Origin: Candidatus Nitrospinota bacterium M3_3B_026
GTDB lineage: Bacteria > Nitrospinota_A > UBA7883 > JBPRGF01
Length of the DNA: 64,000 nt
Assembly (NCBI GenBank): GCA_051418015.1
Contig: JBPRGF010000029.1
Span: forward strand, 64,001 to 128,000
Direction: 5' to 3'
The notes under the pieces are model-generated. The model did no database searches, was not told the DNA's origin, and was given only the letters and a program-made list of their open reading frames with translations. Position numbers and translations under genes: made by a program. Positions 56,806-64,000 of this stretch are shown in pieces; the stretch's first letter is position 1, and every line of letters begins with the position of its first letter.

Positions 56806-57881
56806 AAGAGAGCGCGAAGGCGGCCCTCTTTGGGGCGCTGGCCGGCGTTTTGCTTCTGGCGGCGTTGAGGCTGGCTGGCGGCGGCTCCGGGCCCCGGGCG
56901 GAGGGTTTTTTCGAGGATGTGGCGGCGTCGTCCCGCCGGTCCGTGGCGGTGGTGCTGTCGCTCCGGAAGGCCGGCGGCGCGCCCTCCGGCGGCGAGGCCG
57001 GGTTCTGGGAAGGCGCCCTTAAAACCCTGGAGGAGACGCTGTGGGTTACCTATGAAGTCGGGGCCGCGGGCGCCGGCGTGGCGCTGGACCGGCGCGGGCA
57101 TATCATCACCAACTACCATGTCATAAAAGACGCCGACAGGGTGATTGCGCGGGTGGCCGGATCGGATAAGGATTACGAGGCGGAGGTCGTGGGGTACGAT
57201 CCGATGACAGACCTTGCCCTTCTCAAAGTCTTCGGCGGCCCCGGCCTCGTCCCCCTGGAGCTTGCTCCGGCGGAGTCGCTTCGCCAGGGTCTTTTCGTCG
57301 CCGCCATCGGCAACCCCTACAACCTCGAGAACAGCGTCACCGTGGGGGTGGTCAGCGCCACGGGGCGGTCGGACCTTGGCATCCTGGACATCGAGGATTT
57401 CATACAGACCGACGCCAGCATATTCCCCGGGAGCAGCGGCGGGCCGCTCGTGGACCGTGAGGGCCGGATGGTCGGCCTGAACACCGCCGTCCTGGGCCAG
57501 GGCCTGGGGATAGGGTTCGCCATCCCTTCCGGGGTGGTGAAAAGAATCGCCGAGGAGCTGATCCGGGAGGGGAGGGTGGCCCGGGGCAGGATAGGGGTCC
57601 GTGTCCAGCCGCTCACCGAGCAGATAGCCGAATCGCTGCGTGTCGCGCCCTTGTCCGGGGCGCTGGTTGCGCAGGTGGAGCCCGGCTCCCCCGCGCAGAG
57701 GGCGAACGTGGCGAGGGGCGACGTCATTGTCGCCTTCGGCGGCGAGCAGGTGAAAAGCCCCCGCGCCCTCCGGAGCCTGGCCCTTCGGAGCAGGCCCGGC
57801 GAGGTGAAAAAGCTCGACATAATCCGGGACGGGCGAAAGCTCACGCTCAGCGTCACCATGGGCGCTTTGGAGGATGTGTGA
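56802..57881 (+). CDS. HtrA/DegP-family serine protease with one PDZ domain
   Basis: TNYHVI, TDLALL, IQTDASIFPGSSGGPL, GIGFAIP, PDZ GSPA..GDVI. Confidence 0.9.
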   Translation: MKESAKAALFGALAGVLLLAALRLAGGGSGPRAEGFFEDVAASSRRSVAVVLSLRKAGGAPSGGEAGFWEGALKTLEETLWVTYEVGAAGAGVALDRRGHIITNYHVIKDADRVIARVAGSDKDYEAEVVGYDPMTDLALLKVFGGPGLVPLELAPAESLRQGLFVAAIGNPYNLENSVTVGVVSATGRSDLGILDIEDFIQTDASIFPGSSGGPLVDREGRMVGLNTAVLGQGLGIGFAIPSGVVKRIAEELIREGRVARGRIGVRVQPLTEQIAESLRVAPLSGALVAQVEPGSPAQRANVARGDVIVAFGGEQVKSPRALRSLALRSRPGEVKKLDIIRDGRKLTLSVTMGALEDV

Positions 57882-57935
57882 GTTGCGGGGGCCGGGTATT
57901 CGCCTTGTCCTGTTCCGGCGGGGAGCGTTGACGCC

Positions 57936-60524
57936 ATGACGCCAAAAACAGCGGAGCTGAAAAGCGGTCTCGAGGCCAGGCGGAGCCGCGCCCGGGAGAG
58001 GCACGACCGCGGCGGCGGCGGGCTCGAGGTCTCCTCCGCTCTCTGCGCCGCGGTGGACGAGACGATAATAGAGCTTTTCGAGAGGGAGAGGGGCGATTTC
58101 GGCGGAGCTCTCGTGGCGCTGGGCGGATACGGGCGCGGCCTTTTGAACCCCTTTTCGGACATCGACCTTCTCTTTCTGCTCAAGGGCTCCTCCGGCGCCG
58201 CCGCTCCTCCGCCCCACTCCCTGCTGGCCATGTTGTGGGATATCGGGCTGAAGGTGGGGCACAGCGCGAGGACCATCGACGACACGGTGACCATGGGGCT
58301 TTCCGACCTGACCGCCAGGACGTCCATGATGGAGGCGCGCCTCCTGACCGGCTCCAGGGAGCTTTTCGATGAGTTCCACAAAAAATATGAAAGGAAGGTG
58401 GTCCGCCACAAGCCCGGCGCGTTCATGGCGCTCAAGATCGAAGAGACGAAAAGGCGCCACGCCGTCCACGGCAGGACCGTCCACCTGACCGAGCCGGACA
58501 TGAAGGAGAGCCGCGGCGGCCTGCGGGACTATCACACCGCGATGTGGCTTTTGCGTTCGAAAGCGGACGTGTGGGGGCTGGATGAGATGACAGCCAGGGG
58601 TATAGTCGGCCCCGCGGACGCGAAAGAGGTCGAGCGCGCCCATTCCGTCCTGCTCAGGCTGCGCAACGCCCTGCACTGGCGCGCCGGGAAGGCCCTCGAC
58701 AGGCTTGTCCAGCCCCTGCAGCCGGACATCGCCCGGGGCGAGGGGCTGGAGGGGTCCGACAACGCCGTGGCGGCGGAGCTGATGCGGCGGTACTACGAGG
58801 CGGCGGAGACGATCGACAGGTTCTCAAGGGAAATGATCCTGTTCGCCCGTGAGTACAGGAAAATGAGACCGTGGCGGCCCATAAGCGTCGACAACGACGG
58901 GCTGTTCACCGACGGGACATCGCTTCACGCAAGATCATTCCCCCCGGAAAGGCTCGGCGGGCGGCCTGCGCTCCTTTTCCGTATAGCGCGCAGGCTCGCC
59001 GAGGAGAACCTGAAACCCGCCCCCAACCTGTGGCGGGGCCTGAGGAAAATCGCCGAGACCGCCCCGGCGGAATGGTTCGAAGGACCCGAAGCGGGCAGGA
59101 TGCTGATGGCCGTCCTGCGCCTCAAAAACTCCGCCCGGGCCGTCTCGGTCTTCCTGGAGACGGGGATATTGGAGCGGCTGATCCCGGAGTTTTCCCACAT
59201 AAGGCGGCTCACGCAGTTCGACATGTTCCACAAGTACACCGCCGACAAGCACACCATCAACACCGTCAGGATGCTGGAGAGCCTGCCTGAAAACAGGGGG
59301 GTGGGGCTCAAGCTCCGGGAAATCTTCCGGGCCGAGGACCACATGGAGGTGATAAAGCTCGCCCTCCTGCTGCACGATCTCGGCAAGCGGGCCGAGGACC
59401 GCCACGCCGTGGAAGAGGACACGCGGACGCCGGTGATCCTGAAACGGCTGGGGCTGGAACGCCTCGAGGAGCGGGTCGGCTTTCTCGTCCGCAACCACCT
59501 TCTGATGAGCCGCGTGGCGCAGCGCCGGGATTTCTCCATCCCCACCACCCTGCGGCGGTTCTGCGAGGACGTGGGGGACAGGGACGCCCTGCGCAGGCTG
59601 TATCTTCTGACCTATGCCGACATAGCCGGCGTGGGACCGGAGGTCTGGAGCGACTGGAAGGACTACCTGCTCTCGGAGCTTTTCGAAAGCGCTGAAAAGT
59701 TCTTCATAGAGGGCGAGGCCTTCTTTCTTTCGCCCGAGGAGAGCATCGAGTCGCTGACACAGGGCATCACGGCCCTGCCCGGCCCCGCCGTGGACGAGAA
59801 GACCGCGCGCGATTTTCTGGAGAGGGCTCCGAGCCGATACCTGCGAAACGCCACACTGGACACGGTGGTGGACGATATCCGCCTCGTGAAAACCCTCCGG
59901 ACGAAAAAACTCGCCCTCAGCTACCGCTCCAATCCCGGCGACAGCACGGGCAGAATCACCCTGGCCGCGGCGGAGCGGCTGGGCTTTTTCTCCGTCATCG
60001 CAGGGGCGTTCGCGGCGAAAAACGTGAACGTAACCGAGGCGCAGATCCACACCTTCGAGGGTCATATGGCCCTCGACGCCATAACCGTGGCCGGGCCCAG
60101 CCTGAGCCTTTTTTCCGACCCCGCCTCCCTGGCCGCCTTCGAGAAGGAGCTGGTGGCCTTCCTGGAGGGGAAAAAAGACGTGGACAAGATGGTGAAAAGG
60201 CGCGCAAGGTACATGCGGCCGGAGCCGGGAGCGAAAGCGCCGGGCCTGGAGCCTAGAGTTGTCATCCTGAACCACCTGTCGCGGATAAGCACGGTGGTGG
60301 AGATATGGGCGCCGGACAGGATCGGCCTGCTCTACGACATCACCCACACCCTGGCCCGGCTGGGGCTGGACATCAACGGGGCCAAGATCAGCACCGAGGG
60401 CAAACGGGCCATCAACGTCTTCTACGTCACCGACGAGGAGGGAAACAAGCTGGAGGGGGAGGAAAACGGGCAAAGGGTGAGAGAGGCGCTGATCTCGGCC
60501 ATAGAAAGCCCGCCGGGGAGGTAA
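57936..60524 (+). CDS. glnD: PII uridylyltransferase/uridylyl-removing enzyme
   Basis: ALGGYGR..SDIDL, KESRGGLRD, HKYTADKH, LLHDLGK, C-terminal ACT DRIGLL. Confidence 0.94.
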   Translation: MTPKTAELKSGLEARRSRARERHDRGGGGLEVSSALCAAVDETIIELFERERGDFGGALVALGGYGRGLLNPFSDIDLLFLLKGSSGAAAPPPHSLLAMLWDIGLKVGHSARTIDDTVTMGLSDLTARTSMMEARLLTGSRELFDEFHKKYERKVVRHKPGAFMALKIEETKRRHAVHGRTVHLTEPDMKESRGGLRDYHTAMWLLRSKADVWGLDEMTARGIVGPADAKEVERAHSVLLRLRNALHWRAGKALDRLVQPLQPDIARGEGLEGSDNAVAAELMRRYYEAAETIDRFSREMILFAREYRKMRPWRPISVDNDGLFTDGTSLHARSFPPERLGGRPALLFRIARRLAEENLKPAPNLWRGLRKIAETAPAEWFEGPEAGRMLMAVLRLKNSARAVSVFLETGILERLIPEFSHIRRLTQFDMFHKYTADKHTINTVRMLESLPENRGVGLKLREIFRAEDHMEVIKLALLLHDLGKRAEDRHAVEEDTRTPVILKRLGLERLEERVGFLVRNHLLMSRVAQRRDFSIPTTLRRFCEDVGDRDALRRLYLLTYADIAGVGPEVWSDWKDYLLSELFESAEKFFIEGEAFFLSPEESIESLTQGITALPGPAVDEKTARDFLERAPSRYLRNATLDTVVDDIRLVKTLRTKKLALSYRSNPGDSTGRITLAAAERLGFFSVIAGAFAAKNVNVTEAQIHTFEGHMALDAITVAGPSLSLFSDPASLAAFEKELVAFLEGKKDVDKMVKRRARYMRPEPGAKAPGLEPRVVILNHLSRISTVVEIWAPDRIGLLYDITHTLARLGLDINGAKISTEGKRAINVFYVTDEEGNKLEGEENGQRVREALISAIESPPGR

Positions 60525-60539
60525 ACATTCTCACTCATT

Positions 60540-60830
60540 CTCCCCCCGACGGGGGAGGGTTGGGTGGGGGTGTGTTTTATTTATACCCCCTCCCTCCGGG
60601 GGAGGGGATATTCTTGTCATGCTGAACCTTGCTCTGAACTTGTTTCAGCATCCCGGCGCCACCATAACTTCACCGCGGAAAGACGTGATCCTTCGGCTTT
60701 CGCCTCAGGACGGCGCGGGGCGGGCATCGCCGCCAGCTCACGCCGCATCCCGAGCGCCCGCCCCATGTTGTTCGGAGCCGCTCTCTTACTTTGTCATCCT
60801 GAGCGCCAGCGAAGGATCTCGTCTTTTCTA
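60540..60830. repeat. Composite of REP-like families A and B
   Basis: TCCCCCCGACGGGGGAGGG..GGTGGGGGTG, GTCATGCTGAAC..TTTCAGCATC, GTCATCCTGAGCGCCAGCGAAGGATCT. Confidence 0.65.
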
Positions 60831-60911
60831 CCCAGCGAAGCAAGCCGAACCGGCGCGAAATGTCAAAATACAAGACCTGACCCCGATTCGCTCGCCTGGC
60901 TGAAAATACTG

Positions 60912-61673
60912 CTAGTACTTCACCTCCACCAAAAAAAGCCCCTCGGGCGGGGCGCATGGGCCGGCGGCGCGCCTGTCCTTGGCGGCGAGGATTTTTGAGA
61001 CCTCCTCCGGGGCGATCCTGCCGCGCCCAACCTCCACGAGGGTTCCCACGATGTTTCTCACCATCTGCTTCAAAAACCCGCCAGCGGTGAAGGTTATGCG
61101 GATGACGTCCCCCTCCTTCTCCACCTCCAGCCTCGACAGGCTCCGGACAGGATTTTTCGCCGCGCACCCCGAGGAGCGGAACGAGGAGAAATCATGCTCG
61201 CCGATCAAGGCGCCCGCCGCCTTGCGCATCGCCTCCACGTCCAGCGGTTTTCGAACATGCCACACCCTGCCATGGTCGAAGGCGGAGGGAGCCGGACGGT
61301 TGAGGATGGTGTAGACGTATGTCTTCTCCCTCGCGGAAAACCTCGCATGCCAGTCATCGGGGACGGTTTTCACGCTTATGACCGCCACGTCGTCCGGCAG
61401 GAGCGCGTTCATCCCGCGCAGGATATCCTCGTCGGAAAGCCTGGAGGATATGTCGGCGTGGACGGGCTGGAGCCGGGCGTGGACGCCGGCGTCGGTGCGC
61501 CCGGAGGGGATGACGCGGACGGGATGGTTGACGAGTGTCGAGAGAGCCTTCTCCACAATCTCCTGTATCGAAAGCCCGTTCGGCTGCAACTGGAAACCGG
61601 CGTAGCGCGTCCCCAGGTACTCAAGGTCCAGCCGGACGCGGCGCTTAGCGCGAGACGGCGGCTTTTCGCTCAA
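60912..61673 (-). CDS. truA: tRNA pseudouridine(38-40) synthase
   Basis: [41 protein letters not shown]. Confidence 0.96.
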   Translation of the reverse strand: MSEKPPSRAKRRVRLDLEYLGTRYAGFQLQPNGLSIQEIVEKALSTLVNHPVRVIPSGRTDAGVHARLQPVHADISSRLSDEDILRGMNALLPDDVAVISVKTVPDDWHARFSAREKTYVYTILNRPAPSAFDHGRVWHVRKPLDVEAMRKAAGALIGEHDFSSFRSSGCAAKNPVRSLSRLEVEKEGDVIRITFTAGGFLKQMVRNIVGTLVEVGRGRIAPEEVSKILAAKDRRAAGPCAPPEGLFLVEVKY

Positions 61674-63999
61674 GCCCCAACTCCCCGCGAAGAATCCGCC
61701 CCGTGTGCGACTCTTCGGTCATCGCCACATCCTCCGGCGCCCCCTGGGCCACGACGCGGCCGCCCTCGTCACCCCCTTCCGGGCCGAGGTCTATTATGTG
61801 GTCGGCGGTTTTTATGACGTCCATGTTGTGCTCGATCACGACGACGGTATTGCCCGCGTCGACGAGGCGGGAGAGGACCTCCAGAAGCTTTTTCACGTCG
61901 TGGAAGTGAAGCCCCGTCGTCGGCTCGTCCAGGATGTAGAAGACGCTGCCCGTGGAGCGGCGGGCCAGCTCCTTGGAAAGCTTCACCCGCTGCGCCTCGC
62001 CGCCGGAGAGAGTGGTGGCCGGCTGACCGAGCTTTATATACTCCAGCCCCACCTCTCTTACGGTCCTCAGTATCTTCTCGATCGGCGGATGGTTCTGGAA
62101 AAACTCGTGGGCCTCCTCCATGGTCATGTCCAGCACGTCGGCGATCGACTTGCCCTTGTACTCGACCTCCAGCGTCTCCCTGTTGAACCTGCGCCCGTCG
62201 CAGACTTCGCAGGTGACGTATACGTCCGGCAGAAAGTGCATCTCTATTTTGATGACCCCGTCGCCCTGGCACGCCTCGCACCGGCCTCCCTTGACGTTGA
62301 AGGAGAACCGCCCCGGCGCGTACCCGCGCTTGCGCGACTCCGGCAGCTTCGAGAAAAGATCGCGGATATGGGTGAACACGCCGGTGTACGTGGCCGGGTT
62401 GGAGCGCGGCGTGCGGCCTATGGGGGCCTGGTCTATATCTATCACCTTGTCGATATTCTCCACCCCCAGGACGGACTTGTAAGCGCCAGGAGGCTCGCCC
62501 CGCCGCCCGAACCGGCGCGCCAGGGCCTTGTAGACGATGTCCAGCAGCAGCGTGCTCTTGCCGGAGCCGGAGACGCCTGTGACGCAGGTGAAGACGCCCA
62601 TGGGGATCGAAACGTCGATGTTCTTCAGGTTGTGCTCCGCGGCGCCCTTCACCACCAGCCGCCCGCCGTTTTCCTTCCGGCGGGCCTTGGGGATTTCTAT
62701 CCTTTTCCTGCCGGAAAGGTAGTCCCCCGTGATGGAGCGCCGGTTTTTCGTTATGCTCCGCGGCGTCCCCGAGGCGATCACCTCCCCGCCGTGGACTCCC
62801 GCGCCGGGGCCGAGGTCGACGACGTGGTCGGCCGAGAGGATGGTGTCCCTGTCGTGCTCCACGACTATGACCGTGTTGCCCAGGTCACGCAGCTTCAAAA
62901 GGGTGCCGAGAAGTTTTTCGTTATCGCGGTGATGCAGGCCGATGGATGGCTCGTCGAGGATGTAGAGCACGCCCACGAGCGACGAGCCTATCTGGGTCGC
63001 CAGGCGTATCCTCTGCCCCTCACCGCCGGAAAGCGTCGCCGCGGAGCGGTCGAGCGTCAGGTAGCCGAGCCCCACGTCGTTCAGGAAGCCGAGCCGCTCC
63101 ACTATCTCCTTCAACACCCTCCGCCCGATGAGGCGCCTCTGCCGGTCCAGCCTCAGGCCGGAGAAAAAGACCTCCGCCTCCCGGACGGACATCGCCGACA
63201 CCTCCATGATCGACTTGCCGCCGATGGTGACCCCCAGCGCCTCCCTGCGCAGGCGCCTGCCGCCGCAGGTCTCGCAGGGCAGAAGGAGCATGTAGTCCTC
63301 TATCTCCTCGCGGACGTACTCGGAGTCGGTCTCCCTGTACCTTCGTTCCAGGTTGGGGATGACACCCTCGTATGTCCCGTCGTAGACGCGCTTGCGGCCG
63401 TTCTTTTCGAACCGGAACTTTATTATCTCCTCGCCCGCGCCGTACAGGATGATCTCCCTGGCCTTTTTGGGGAGGCGCCGGAAGGGCTTTTCCATGGGGA
63501 ATCCGTAATGGGCCGAAATGGCCTTCAGCATCTGCCTGTAATAGACGGCGGTCTCCCTGCTCCAGGGCCGGACGGCGCCGTCGGCCAGGCTCAAACCGGG
63601 ATTGACGACAAGGTCGGGGCTGATGGTGCGCTTCACCCCCAGCCCGTCGCACTCCGGGCAGGCGCCGTGGGGATTGTTGAATGAGAACATGCGGGGGGTG
63701 ATCTCCGGGTAGCTTATCCCGCAGTGGGCGCAGGCGAACCGCTCGGAGAAGATCATCTCGCCCCCCGGTTCGGCGTCGATCCGCGCCACGCCGTCCGCAA
63801 GACCCAGGGCAAGCTCCAGGGAGTCGGCCAGCCGCCGCTCCACTCCAGCCCTTATCACCAGCCGGTCCACAACGATCTCTATGGTGTGTTTTTTGTTCTT
63901 GTCGAGGACGATGTCCTCCGCGAGCTCCCGTGTCTTCCCGTCCACCCGGGCGCGGACGAACCCCTTGGCGCGGAAGCTTTCGAGCTCTTTTCGATATTC
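61645..63999 (-). CDS. uvrA: Excinuclease ABC subunit A (5' end outside window)
   Basis: [64 protein letters not shown]. Confidence 0.97.
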   Translation of the reverse strand, partial: EYRKELESFRAKGFVRARVDGKTRELAEDIVLDKNKKHTIEIVVDRLVIRAGVERRLADSLELALGLADGVARIDAEPGGEMIFSERFACAHCGISYPEITPRMFSFNNPHGACPECDGLGVKRTISPDLVVNPGLSLADGAVRPWSRETAVYYRQMLKAISAHYGFPMEKPFRRLPKKAREIILYGAGEEIIKFRFEKNGRKRVYDGTYEGVIPNLERRYRETDSEYVREEIEDYMLLLPCETCGGRRLRREALGVTIGGKSIMEVSAMSVREAEVFFSGLRLDRQRRLIGRRVLKEIVERLGFLNDVGLGYLTLDRSAATLSGGEGQRIRLATQIGSSLVGVLYILDEPSIGLHHRDNEKLLGTLLKLRDLGNTVIVVEHDRDTILSADHVVDLGPGAGVHGGEVIASGTPRSITKNRRSITGDYLSGRKRIEIPKARRKENGGRLVVKGAAEHNLKNIDVSIPMGVFTCVTGVSGSGKSTLLLDIVYKALARRFGRRGEPPGAYKSVLGVENIDKVIDIDQAPIGRTPRSNPATYTGVFTHIRDLFSKLPESRKRGYAPGRFSFNVKGGRCEACQGDGVIKIEMHFLPDVYVTCEVCDGRRFNRETLEVEYKGKSIADVLDMTMEEAHEFFQNHPPIEKILRTVREVGLEYIKLGQPATTLSGGEAQRVKLSKELARRSTGSVFYILDEPTTGLHFHDVKKLLEVLSRLVDAGNTVVVIEHNMDVIKTADHIIDLGPEGGDEGGRVVAQGAPEDVAMTEESHTGRILRGELGLERKAAVSR

Positions 64000-64000
64000 G

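Noticed and set aside
57420..57450. HtrA protease inactive because FPGSSGG replaces NPGNSGG
   Set aside because: The catalytic Ser in G-x-S-G-G, the His (TNYH) and the Asp (TDLA) are all retained.
852..63684. Many long antisense or alternative-frame ORFs (e.g. 852-1940, 2501-3925, 30848-32719, 32984-34786, 41959-43878, 56661-58676, 61705-63684)
   Set aside because: They shadow well-supported genes, as expected in high-GC DNA, and show no family motifs.

Overview
High-GC bacterial chromosomal window. The gene repertoire (futalosine menaquinone pathway, GlnD, PPi-PFK, bactofilin, SQR) loosely suggests a Nitrospinota or deltaproteobacteria-like lineage; this is inference only. Housekeeping blocks (mqnA/mqnE, dapB-dapA-dapF-lysA, mnmE, ftsK, phoH-HDIG-ybeY, ubiE-degP-glnD, truA, uvrA, three tRNAs) are interleaved with four accessory modules. 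(1) A ~10 kb heavy-metal island next to the 3' end of tRNA-Arg(CCG): a BlaI/CopY repressor and M56 peptidase with two matching operator palindromes upstream of a cusCBA-like efflux operon and a diheme cytochrome c, followed by a merA-less MerR/thioredoxin-MerC mini-operon and a collapsed cusA remnant. (2) A TetR-regulated RND pump. (3) An AT-rich orphan HEPN-motif gene with integron-cassette-like ends. (4) The standout feature: a complete 10-gene bacterial microcompartment (BMC) locus with an RpiR regulator, BMC-T, BMC-H, three BMC-P, an acylating aldehyde dehydrogenase and a class II aldolase (both with apparent encapsulation peptides), PduS-like and PduT-like genes, and no recognisable signature enzyme. 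Many short palindromic repeats fill the intergenic spaces. No CRISPR array, rRNA, integrase or transposase was seen.
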